Translations under genes and position numbers: made by a program
The notes under the pieces: generated by a model
Told to the model about the DNA's origin: nothing
Databases searched by the model: none
What the model saw: the letters and a program-made list of their open reading frames with translations, nothing else
In this document: positions 1-11,403 of the stretch, in pieces
Layout: the number at the start of each line of letters is the position of its first letter
Position numbering within the stretch: the first letter of the stretch is position 1
Assembly: GCA_012026655.1 (NCBI GenBank)
Contig: JAAILG010001525.1
Location: 1-64,000, forward strand
DNA from: Hydrolagus affinis
Lineage: Eukaryota
Reading direction: 5' to 3'
Length of the DNA stretch: 64,000 bases

Positions 1-347
1 CATCTTTGCGCACACCTTGCGCATTTCGAGAGGACCAGAAACAGCGAAGAGTCACTGTCTGTCAAGACATTATCGACCGCCTCGAGGACGATCCAGACCT
101 GCTCGGGAGTGATCAAGGGGACCCGATTTCCTGATGTGGAGGCCATCAAAAGGGCCGTGACGACAGAGCTCCGGAGGTTTCCAGAAGAAGCCTTCCAGGG
201 GTGCATTGAAGCGTGGAAGAAGAGGATGGACAAGTGTGTGAGACTGAACGGAAACTATTTTGAAGGGGACAAGCTGTGATTTCATGATATTTTTTGGAAT
301 AAAATTTCTGTGATGTCACTCCCGTTACTTTTTAGACGGACCTCGTA
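1..347 (+). mobile_element. Tc1/mariner (mariner-type) non-autonomous deletion derivative, right end
   Basis: Plus strand ~30-107 reads EDQKQRRVTVCQDIIDRLEDDPDLLG and 106-279 reads GVIKGTRFPDVEAIKRAVTTELRRFPEEAFQGCIEAWKKRMDKCVRLNGNYFEGDKL*, a typical mariner transposase C-terminus. It ends in a mariner-like TIR (CCCGTTACTTTTTAGACGGACCTCG) followed by TA at 346-347. Bases 1-30 read LEMRKVCAKM on the minus strand. Confidence 0.85.
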
Positions 348-360
348 TAACAACAACAAC

Positions 361-540
361 AATCCTTACATTTTATTATCGGCACTTTCACAGAATATCT
401 GGAGCACTGTTAGCCAGGACATTGGGGGGGAAAATATTTCTGATTTACAATAGCGTCATTGGACCTCTAGTGTTCAACTCGAAAGGCAGACAGAATAGAC
501 TCGTATTAAAACGAGGGCAACACATTGCTTGCTCAATGCC
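361..540. repeat. Copy 1 of a local ~180-bp duplication of a SINE-derived segment (copy 2 at ~1246-1432)
   Basis: AATCCTTAC.TTTTATTATCGGCACTTTCACA.AATATCTGGAG.ACTGTT.GCCAGGACATTGGGGG...TATTTCTGATTT...GTTCAACTC.AAAGGCAGACAGAA occurs at both positions. Confidence 0.8.
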
Positions 541-3500
541 ACCTACAGTCAAGTCACTTTCAGACGTCTCAACTACGTGATTTGGCGCAGTATACAATAC
601 AAGGGTTGTTATTATTACTACTATTATTATAATAAATAAATACTGAATGCCCTGAGACCCAGTTGAGATTTTTCCCCCAAAGTTGCTTTATCTTCTGGTC
701 ATTGCACAAACAGAAATCCGTCATGCCGGATTATAGCAACTAATCTTTGGAGTCCTTGACTAGAGTTGTGATCTCACGCTGGGCTGTTTCATTCACATCT
801 AAATCCTTCACAGCAAATGTCTCACTGCGTTTCACATGAGAGACATTGCTGAGTGACATTGAAAAATTCTACTCCGCGTCGCCCTGTCCCCAGGAGCCTT
901 GTCATTCTTGCACGTACAGGAGAATACAATTATAATTATGGCTGTTACAACAAACCAAAAAGAGGGAGAGAATTGATCAGTCAATATAGGAAGCCAGCTG
1001 GGGTACATAAACCCACACACGGTCGACTCTGCTGGTTTCTAATGGAGAGCGCACGGTAAGAATCAGAACCGTCTCGACTGCTAAAGGCTCAAGTTCACAG
1101 CCAAAATTCACTGATGAATTATCAGTAAATTACTCAGGGAAACTGTAAGTCCTGTAAATCGAGTAAATTGACCACAACGCTATTTGGCACATGAGTGTCA
1201 ACTGGTGGCAATAAATAATTAGCTGATAATAATGTGAATTAAAACAATCCTTACGTTTTATTATCGGCACTTTCACAAAATATCTGGAGGACTGTTGGCC
1301 AGGACATTGGGGGAAAAAATATTTCTGATTTCCACTAGCGTCATGGGATTTTTAGCGTTCAACTCAAAAGGCAGACAGAACCCTGATTTAGACACTTATC
1401 AAAAGGAGGGCAACACAGTGCTTGCCCATTGGCACAGTGAAGTGTCATCTTAAATTACGAGCTCTCGCCTCGACTCGGCTCTTAAGCCTTGAATGAGAAC
1501 TTAAGTGAGGTTGTGGTGGGTGGCAGCATAGACCATGGATCCGAGTGTCAAACCCTTCAACAGCGGAGACAAAATTAATGGGGAAAAGGCAGCTGCATCA
1601 GAGAAAGCGTTATCTTTCATATACCCTGTTTATTCCAGTTAATGCTTTTTCATTTTCGTTCTTCGGCTCCAGGGAGATCGCTGCTTTATGAGGAATAAAA
1701 TCATGTCCAATGTTGCCAAAGGGCTTATCTGTTTTCAGCCAAGAGAAAAAAAAAGTTTCCAGTATTCTCACACAAAAAGGACATGGATTAAGAGGAATCT
1801 ACATGACCTATTTGTACCACTAAAGCATGTATCTCTTACGTTTATACAGTGCCTTGCACTTAAGAAGAGTGTCTCAAAGCGTTTTACAGAAGATTAATTA
1901 GAAACGTTAGTAACGTTGTCACGGAGGCAAGCATGACAGCTAATTTGTGTTTGGAATGTCCAACCTGCACCAGCGAGATTAGTCGTCAGTTAATTAGAGT
2001 TTCTGGGGTGTATCTGGAATGAGGAATGAATACAAAGAGAACTGGAAGAAATCTCTTCGAAATAGCGTACCAGAAAATGCGGTGGATGTAACTCAAGCAT
2101 TTTCCCTCACAATATATTTCTGTTATTACTATTATTATTGATAGCAATAATCATCATCATCCTTGCAATAGCACTTTTTGTAAGAGGAGGACATCTCAAA
2201 GAGCTTTATAGGGTTTACTGTACAGTGTAGTGGCTGTGTGTTTTGAGTGTCAATATCCTGTATTGGCTTCCACTTTGCAATAGACAGTCACTATACTCTC
2301 AGTAAATCATGCATTCAAATGCAAGATAAGATAATATGGTACTATATCGAATGCAAGGATTATGATCATTGTTATACAGTACATATAACTGCAAAAGGTA
2401 TAAGACTGAGAATCACAGACTATAGTAAATTATGTTCACAGATCAATGACTACACCTCTTCCTAGAACAGTCTGAATCTGAGTTATCAAGTGCAGCAATC
2501 GAGTGGATAATTACAGCTGGGATTGATTTAATGAGAATCAGTTAAGCTAAGAAGCCGTCAATTCCAGTTAATGCAGTAACTCACCCATGATACTGACAGT
2601 CATTGTTGATTGAGGCCAAAATTGCACAGTTTTAACCCGCAGGACCTTTTGCGGTAAAAATTTAACACTGCGCAGCATTGCGGAAAGTTCTGGAATCAAT
2701 ATGGAAGCCGTTTTTGCGCAGTTTATAAAAAGAAACCATTTTCTAAAGAAGACAAAACCGAATTCAAAAAGTTTCCGCAATTCTGAGTCATCAAGTTTAA
2801 CACAAAAGGATCTGAGAGGCTAAAAGCAGGTAATCATTGTTATTCTACAGCATACCAAGGCGACTAAATTAATCCCAGTTTTGAAGATGTTGCACTAATT
2901 GCTTTCGCTCCAAATGGAACTAGGGCTTTATTTGCCGCATTTATATATCTCTCATTTGATATGACGCCTTTACGTGTCATCGAGACATGTGAAAACTCCT
3001 TACAGGATTTTTATTGTAATGTATTATGACTACGTATTTGTAGGCACAGCAAATACAGATACACAGTCACCACACTGCAGTGGGCTCAGAGACCCAACGT
3101 GGAGCTTGGATGCTGTAAACTGGAGGTGAGAATGCGACTGCTGGAGCCCAGGCTGATCCACGAGCTTTCTCTCGCTTTACAAAGGATCGGACTCTGATAC
3201 AGCAACAACAACTTGTATTTATGTAGCGCCCCTCAGGCCGGGCAGCATCCCTGACGAGAAAGAAATTGAGATTAAAGCAAAATAAGGTGAACAAAGCCGA
3301 GTCCTACTGCATTGCAGAATAAAACGCTCAGTCGGAGTGACAAGGCCAAGGACTCATGAAAAACTTACTCGAGTGAAGAAAATAAGTTCCACTGGCAGGA
3401 AGTCTTGGGATTTGAACTCCCTACGTCCCAGTTGGGAGAAGTGTAAGAGTCAATCACAGGAGCTGACAGACTCCGGAATAATCAACATTTTATTCATTTT

Positions 3501-6500
3501 CATATTTGAGAGAATATGATTACCAGAAAAACCCTTGTGTGCTGGTACCCACTTGAATACTGATGTATAGCCGCTGCCTACAGCCTCCTGCCATAGACAT
3601 CAGCATACACTTGGACATTGCCTGGGCCATTAGCGGCTGGGATAAATAGAAAGAATCTCAAAGGGTTTGGAAATATTAATGAGTTTCTCATAGTTACACA
3701 TCATAACAGCATTGTGTGGATAGAGGGATTATTGCAGTAATCCAGAAACAATGGTCATATTTTTGAAACCTCTGCTCATTCAATTTGAATTAAGACTCCG
3801 GTTTCCCACCATGCCCCCGTTTATCAAACTCACAAACTGCCAAAACAGACATACTTATCAAGGTTCCACTTGATGCTGCCAAAAATCCTAAATCCTAATC
3901 CAAAACAAGTCTCTAATAAGGCAAAACTTCACCGGATTCACATTGTGTTAACTTTCCTTTGCCAACCACCTCCTGTGTCCAGCGCCTTGGGACGTCCTAC
4001 TGACGTGAAAGGCGCTATACAAATGTAATTTTTGTTGTTGTTGTTGTCCACCTGAACAGGCACAGACGGGATCTCAGTTTAACATCTCACCCGATGGATG
4101 GCTCACGCAGTGGTCCTCATGTACTTACACCCACAAAATATACAGTCACTACACCTTACAGGATATTCTGTGAAGCGATATGAGACGTCTCAACAATGTG
4201 ATAAGGCGCTGTAGCAAATGCAAGGAGCGTTACTGCTACACTAGAATGTCAGCACAGACTATGACCTTTCACATCGGGAGGACTTCTCAAAGTGCTTCAC
4301 ACCTGAAAGGCGGCAATTCCCAACAATGCAGCGCTCCCCCCAGCACTGCGATGGAATGTCGGCCAAGACTATGAGGTTAAAATCCCGAGTTGTAGCTGGA
4401 ATCCACGACCTTCTCGGAGGCAAGACTGACTGACACACAGCGCAAATGAATTCACGTGCCTTCACTTTCACCATTGCAGACAATAATGGTGCTTAATAAC
4501 TCATGCTCTGAAAATAATTGGAATCGCAATGGTGTGATTGCCTGCTAAATGGCGTTTTGCGAAAATTGTGGCTCTGCCCGTTGTTGTAAAAATGATATTA
4601 AAATGGCCCCCAGAGCAGCACATTACAGTCTGTGACACTTAAAGAGATCTGCATTTTCTGCTCTCAATCAAACTCATTATATAAAGGCATTAATAATGAC
4701 TGCTCACAACATCAGCATCTTCGTTCCCTCCTCAGTCTCGATGAGTTGGGCTGACAGACTACAGTGACATGCGGGCACGTCTGTCCAGAGAGATGTTAGT
4801 TAATGAGCTGAACAGGGACAGGGATGGGTGATCACGTTCAGAATTACATCAAGTCACAAAATGTTGACTCGATGGGGAGGCATGGGGCGACTTGACTCTC
4901 TGAACAGCTGTAAGACTACGGATGTTAGAATGAAAGGCAAATGTTTTGAGTTTCCACGTACACTTAATATGTTAAATGCTTCAAAGGCATGAGAATTCAA
5001 AATTGTCAAGTGCTCTAGGACGCTACCCTGCGTGAAAGGCACTATACAAACGCATGTTTTTGTTGTTGTTGTAATTGTTGCACAGAGACATGGATTCATA
5101 TTTGTGAGCTAATGCGGCAGCCGATTTTGCACAGAGCAAAGTCCGACAAACAGCCATGGAGGGAATGATCCATTAACCTTGGGGATTCTTGACTAGAACA
5201 CTGGGAGAAACTCCTATGACTTTCTGAGTCGCGCCATGCGGTTACACAAATATAATTTGGTTGTTGTTATTTTAACTCCTGCCTAAATATGCAGACAGAA
5301 CCTCAGTTTACCGTCCCATCTGAAACACACACCATCCCTCCCATAGTGTAATGTACCCTCAACACTGCAAAGTACCATATACAGTATATACACATGCCAT
5401 CTGCCTATGGAAATTACCCTGTGTCTGAAATGGACAGTCTCTCCTTGTGAGAGACACACAGTATTGCCAAATTCTGGAGAATGTTAGACACAGCTTGGTG
5501 AGAAAACTAGCCTTAAAGGTCCCAGGGATGTGGTAACTGCTGGGATTTAACCAGCTAAAACTCTGTGGCAAGCTCTCCACTGCTTGTTCATCTCAACCAC
5601 CCTTAACATGTTAATGGGAGCCCAGCAGGAAGAGAATAGAAGGGAAAGAGAAGGGGATATAAGTGTATAGCTGTGACTAAGGAATGGATGGAGACGTGCA
5701 TGGAGAATAAACATTGGCACAGACTAGTTGAGCTGAATAGCCTGTTTCCACGCTGTATATTCAATGTAAATGTATGAAAGAAACATCAAAGGTCTGCCCC
5801 TCTAGGCTGGCTGGTCTACCATCAGCAGTGTCTATGCGGCCTACATAAGATTGTGTAAAGATCTCAAACTGGAACCAAAAGAAAGATGTGTCACACTTAC
5901 TGTTAGGACATCCTCCCGACATGAAAGGCACTCTATAAATGCAATTTTGTTGTTGTTGTTTGAAGCTAACCTTCCTGCCCTTGTTAGTTAGATTCCCTGC
6001 CACTTATTAGCAGTGATTCTGCCGCCCCTGCTCCCTGTGATATTTCAGTAGAAATCGCCTGGAAAAGGAAACCTTTTACACCTCCACAAACCAATTGTCT
6101 TGGGACAGAAGATAATAAGATCTGAGTCAGCTGTTGAGTGTTAGGGTTAAACAGGTCAGCCATCGCTTAGCTCACTTACTCAGAAATAAAGTTAGTCATT
6201 GTTTCACACGTCCTTATTACTCAGACCATCAACCTGGACAACATATAGTCTGGGATGATGGCCTGTTGTTGAGGTGAAATTGAAGTGCAGGTTAAACCCA
6301 ATGGGTTTATTCACTGGTAATGTGCAATTCTTCACTTTACATGCAGCTCAGAATCTACAACTGGTTACTGTGTTATTAACCCTTTCAGAAGGAAACAATG
6401 CGGGTTATTATTCAATTCCATCTACAAAATACCTTGGGTGAAACACTCTGCGGCTCACAGCTCACTTGCCAAGAAGAATCTTCAATGATCTTTGATTAAT

Positions 6501-6893
6501 AAGAATTCCCCCCAGATAATATCAGTTATTCAATTCATGGTTGTTTGTTAGTGGGACATTGCTGTGTACAGTCACTGCACTTTACAGTAAATCACATTAA
6601 GCGCTCTGAGGCATCCTCCCGAAGTGGAAAGTGCTCTATGCACCAAATGCAATGATTCTTCTTCTTATTATCCGCAAGTTTGATAGAGTGACTATCATAT
6701 TAACTTGTCTCCAAATAGTAATGTTTGGATGACAATAATTACTGTGAAGTGGAATGAACTGTGTGTTTGCAGGCAAATACTGCAGCCAACCTGAACACAC
6801 AATGACCTGAAAACAGACAGAAGATGAATAATCAATTTTCCCTGGGGGATTGTTGACCAGGTCACTGGAAATAAACCCCTTCCCTTTTCAAAT

Positions 6894-7210
6894 GGAGACC
6901 CGTAGATCAGTAGTAAGAGCACTCGCCTTATAAATGGGATATCTGGGTTCAATTCCTGGCAAGGTAAAACCTTGGGCAAGTTTCCTTACTCCACACACCT
7001 CAAATAATCCCTCAAAAACAAAACAATAGGAAATTGGTCATTTCAATCCATGAATGTTTGTGGGACCTGCTGTGCGCAATTGGCTGCCACGTTTCATTCA
7101 CCAACAAAATATACAGTCAATTCACTTGACAGTATATTCTATGAAGTGCTTTGAGATGTCTAGTAGGCGTGAAAAGCACTATATCAATGCAAGGATTATT
7201 ATTATTTATT
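6894..7210 (+). mobile_element. tRNA-derived SINE with DeuSINE-like core and L2-like tail, full length
   Basis: tRNA-like head with A/B boxes (GTAGATCAGTAGTAAGAGC ... GGTTCAATTCC), core CTGCTGTGCGCAATTGGCTGCC, tail GTGAAAAGCACTATATCAATGCAAGGATT(ATT)n. Confidence 0.85.
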
Positions 7211-7987
7211 ATCTTTAACATCCATTTGAACAGAAATTAGGGCCTCAGTTTAATGTCTTACCTCAGGATGGATTCTCTGACATTGCCCCCACCATCCCAA
7301 ACACACACTGCAGCATATCAGATGGACTATGAGCTATTATGGTACCTGAACCCTTAACCATATGACTCAGATGCTTACGGTCAACTTCTACCTCGCTCCC
7401 CCCAACTTGGAGTCAGTCTCTGCTGCAGTTAATCAAGTCAAGACGCTATCCCACATGATGGCTGCTGTATAAATGCAAGTTCTTGTTGTTGTTTTAACAG
7501 TGCTTCCAGATTACAAGTGAAGAGGCTCCAGGGAGATATCTGTGGCAGGCATTAGTCTGTTCAGTTGAATACGTTTAGCCTAACTTCAGAATAACTAGAT
7601 TCTGCTCATCTGTAAACTCGCCAACGTTAAAGTGAAAACCTACCCTAGAACAAACAAGAGAGATCATTAACCTACTATAATATGCAAAGGCAGACCCTCA
7701 GCAGTAAATTACCTTCATTATTATGCAGTTAAGAGAGCAAGGTTCCATATAGCAGTGCAAAAGATTATATTCAGTGGCAGTCTCTCAACTTGAAATAAAT
7801 AACCTTGGACCAACTCAACTGGCTGCCACGAACCACTGTAGAACTTGTGCATATTGTCAGAGAGAGAGAGATGTTCAGCTGCTGGTTGGATTTCACGTCT
7901 AATGATCAAGTGAGTCCAGTTCCGTATCATACCAGAGTGAGCAGATATGGTCAGTGTCACCTCCGGGTGAAACAGACCCAACTCGAG

Positions 7988-8060
7988 AACAACAACAACA
8001 ACAACAACAACAACAAAATTACATTTGTATAGAGCCTTTCACTTTGGGAGGACGTCCCAA
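7988..8060 (-). mobile_element. L2 LINE 3' tail fragment with expanded (CAA)n microsatellite
   Basis: (CAA)9 followed by AATTACATTTGTATAGAGCCTTTCAC...GGACGTCCCAAG, the reverse of the tail of the L2 at 36139-36620. Confidence 0.75.
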
Positions 8061-10116
8061 GTTGCTGACATGCAGATCTCTCGTCAGGTACACCGATCAG
8101 AACAGTGATCTTTGCGATCTTTGTGGTTTCGAGCAAATGTGTAAAGTACCATTCACCTCAGGTAATGCAAGTAAGTCCCGCAAAGCAAAATCCTCCCTTT
8201 GTTCTGCGACGTACCCAACAGCTAATATATTTTTCTTGGAGAGATGGAGAGCATTGAAGACTCGGGCTACTCAGCTAAACACAGCCCACATTTCCAAGTG
8301 GAGTAGTCGGCACAAGGTACTTGGACTGAAAATTAGATGTAAAAATCCATCTTTTTCTCCCACCAGAAAAGTTTTTTAAAAATGTAAAAGCCATGTCTCG
8401 CACCACGCCATGGAACAGTTTCTATTTGCCACTTGACTGGGCAATGCAAACGACCCTCACTCCCACAAAATAGCAAAGAGAGCGTCTGTCTGCCAGAGTG
8501 TGAGATACTGTATTAAATTGCTTGCGACTGTGCTTTAAATCTATCCGATACTAATATAGCTGGGGATTCAAAAGATAAATGATATCAGGTCTCTAATAGC
8601 TACCTCAGAAAGAGGTGCTGGGATTTGAACAGAGGAACCGGATGAAGATCCCATTTCAGATGTCACACACCCATCGCCGACAGCAAGTACTCAATACAAG
8701 GGAATTGCCCAATTATTGCTGTTAAAATGATGTAACGGGAGAAATAACAGGACCTGGAATTCCATTTATGCAACTAAAAAAGGAGTAAACTGCAGGGGTA
8801 TGGGTAGACGGTACGTAAATGCGAATGTCAGGGTACTTCTTTGAAAGAGGCAGTACAGACACAATGGGCCAAGTGGCCTTCTTCTATGCCATTAATATCC
8901 ACTTTTTACCTGCGAAAGCCTTTGGTCTTGAGTTTTAAAATTGTGCAGAATTTGGGACAATTCTTCCAATCAGTCTTATAATAATAATCCTTCCATGTGA
9001 TATAGCGCTTTTCACGTCTTCTAGATGTCTCAAAGCGCTTCGTAGAATACACTGTAAAGTAAATTGACTGTATATTTGTGGGCGAAATTTTGGAAGCTTA
9101 ATTTGGAAGCTGCTCTCGATTCAAAGACTACAGGTAACCAGGTTCCAAATTCTAATAATAATCTTTAAAGTTTGTTGTGGAGTCTTTCTGATATCCATCC
9201 AGAGACTTCCCTCTGGTAGGTGCTGGGGGTGTGGATAGTACAATACAATTTACATTCACAACTCAAAGCGCTTGCCACTGCCGGCTGGACACCGAGCTGG
9301 GGATGAGAGCCAAGGGCATGGGCAGAGATAATAATAATCCTTGCATTTGATATGGCGCTTTTCAGGTCTTCTTTACGTCTCAAAGCTCTTCACAGAATAC
9401 ATGTATTACTGGAAAGTGAATTGACTATATTTTGTGGGCGAAACGCAGCAGACAATTGCGCACAGCAGTGTCCCACAAACATGCATGGATTGAAATGACT
9501 AATTTTTTTTTGAGGGAATATTATCTGGCTTGTGGAGTAAGGAAACTGTCCCAAGGTTTCGCCCTGCCTGAAAGATACCGAAAGCTCTGTCAAAGAGGGA
9601 TGTTTCAAGGCAACAACAACTTGCATTTATATAGCACCCATCATGCTGGATGGAGTCTCGGAGCATTCAAGGCACGAATTCAAAGAGGGAGGGAGGGAAG
9701 CAGGTGGTGAGCAGAGAGGGCAAGGGATGTAGATTGTGGATTCCAGGGATTGAGCCCAGAATGGCTGAAACCTCACCTCCCAATGGTTGGGGGGATAGGG
9801 ATGGGGGAGGAATTTCTCCTGAGCCATGTGCCAATCACCATCTCACCTGACGAGAGAAGTTGTATTTTCAAAATCATTGTGAACAGCCATACCCAAGCGG
9901 GGAGATGGAGTGATTTTTATGGCCAGCGTGCCATGCAATAGGCGGACAGAAAAGATCGCACAAACGAAGGACCGTCGAAATAGTGTTGAGGCTCGGACTT
10001 TGTAACTGTGTCGATTGTGATGAACGGAATGAGCTGATGTCAGACAATGGCTGGTGAAATGGCCGTCACAAAGGGCTGCAGAAGCCAAATCGAGGCAAGG
10101 ATGAACAAGGACGCAA

Positions 10117-11145
10117 ATGGGTACATCACTGCCGATCGCCGGCATAAAATGCCTGATTGTGTGCGGAGTGTTCCTTAACTTTGCCCCGGAAAAAGCCGCG
10201 GCGACCAGAGAAGTCTGGAGGCATGTCAACCGGATGTCCCAGGACTCCCTCGCTGCGTATGACAAGGTCATCGGCTCGGAAGACAGCACGGTGAAGGTAT
10301 ACATCAAGGTGAACGAGAACAGTCCGCACATCCTCTGCACCACCGCCAAGCTCAGGACCATGGAACTGATGGACCCCGAGTTTTCCTGGAAAGGCCCCAA
10401 CGGGAGGGACCTCTCGAAGAACGACGACATGAAGATGTCATTGACGGGCACTCTGTCGATCGAGAGGTTTCAGAAAGAATACTCGGGCGAGTACGTTTGC
10501 TTTATGTTTTTCTACACTTCGGAGATAAAGGCACTGCAGTCATTGACTCTCAATTATCTGCTGTACGCCTATCAACAGCCCAACTACACGTACGAGTTTC
10601 AGGCGCAGTATCACGTGGCCAATTGCCTGCGCATCAACAACAACCTCTTCCTGGACAAGCTGCACACGGCCTTGAACCAGCTGGTCTCGGGCCTGGCCTA
10701 CGTGATCACCATCTACAAATCGGACTGCCACATGCTGAAGGTGCCCATGGCCGGCATTCAGTACGAGCTGTTCCTCGCGTTCAAGGTCCACCCGAAGTTG
10801 GAACAGCTGGAGAGCATCTGCAAGCAGAACTCGGCCAACTGCGGCTACGACCTCATGCTGGAGAAGGCTCGGCACCGAATGCAGGAGTTCTTCGGCAAGC
10901 AGGCGGACATCCTCCACGAAATCAACGGCAAACTGCCCCTCATCTACTACATCGACGGCACGCTGCAGGTGATCAGGGTCGACCACTGCAATCCGGGTTA
11001 CGGGAAGGACCGGCAGAAGCACATGGAGTGTTCCGGCTGCTGCGTGGTTTGCAGCCCGGGCTCCTATGGCGGAGAACGCAGAGTCAGCTGCCTCCCTTGC
11101 GCCGGCGCCATGAAGTACGGGGAAACCGATTGCAAAACTGAGTGA
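10117..11145 (+). CDS. ZPBP: Zona pellucida-binding protein (Sp38/ZPBP1-like), 342 aa, single-exon CDS
   Basis: Signal-peptide-like N-terminus, Ig-like domain (VKVYIKVNENSPHILC...DPEFSWKGPNG...SGEYVC), Sp38 motifs YAYQQPNYTYEFQAQYH, ELFLAF and LPLIYYIDGTLQV, and Cys-rich end CNPGYG...CSGCCVVCSPGSY...CLPC...YGETDC. In-frame TGA at 10102-10104 fixes the start. Strong GC3 bias. Assignment to ZPBP1 rather than ZPBP2 is from recalled similarity. Confidence 0.93.
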   Translation: MGTSLPIAGIKCLIVCGVFLNFAPEKAAATREVWRHVNRMSQDSLAAYDKVIGSEDSTVKVYIKVNENSPHILCTTAKLRTMELMDPEFSWKGPNGRDLSKNDDMKMSLTGTLSIERFQKEYSGEYVCFMFFYTSEIKALQSLTLNYLLYAYQQPNYTYEFQAQYHVANCLRINNNLFLDKLHTALNQLVSGLAYVITIYKSDCHMLKVPMAGIQYELFLAFKVHPKLEQLESICKQNSANCGYDLMLEKARHRMQEFFGKQADILHEINGKLPLIYYIDGTLQVIRVDHCNPGYGKDRQKHMECSGCCVVCSPGSYGGERRVSCLPCAGAMKYGETDCKTE

Positions 11146-11397
11146 GTGATTCTCTTTAGTGGGGGCACTTCGTTTGCCCATTTCACAGTCGCTCTCGGCC
11201 CTCAGCCGGCGGTCGCCCCCACCCGTGTGTGAGGACGTCACGAGGACTATATACTGTATACACAGATAAAGCCGGACCGACCTACTCAATGCTGCCACGG
11301 CAATCGGTTCCCACCGAGTCTGCAATAAGAATCCACTCATACTGCGAAGGGAAGCAATGTCTGCTTGGATTCTCACTCGTCACAAAACGTTAATATG

Positions 11398-11403
11398 AAT
11401 AAA
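11398..11403 (+). terminator. Candidate polyadenylation signal AATAAA of the ZPBP-like gene
   Basis: First canonical AATAAA after the stop (~250 nt downstream), followed by T-rich sequence. Confidence 0.6.

Noticed and set aside
7954-8379. 141-aa ORF with polyQ
   Set aside because: The polyQ is the (CAA)n tail of a reverse L2 fragment.
9843-11376. Long alternative-frame and antisense ORFs over ZPBP (9843-10451 -, 10497-11141 +, 10540-11376 -)
   Set aside because: These are shadow ORFs expected from the high GC3 codon usage of the real gene and show no recognisable motifs.
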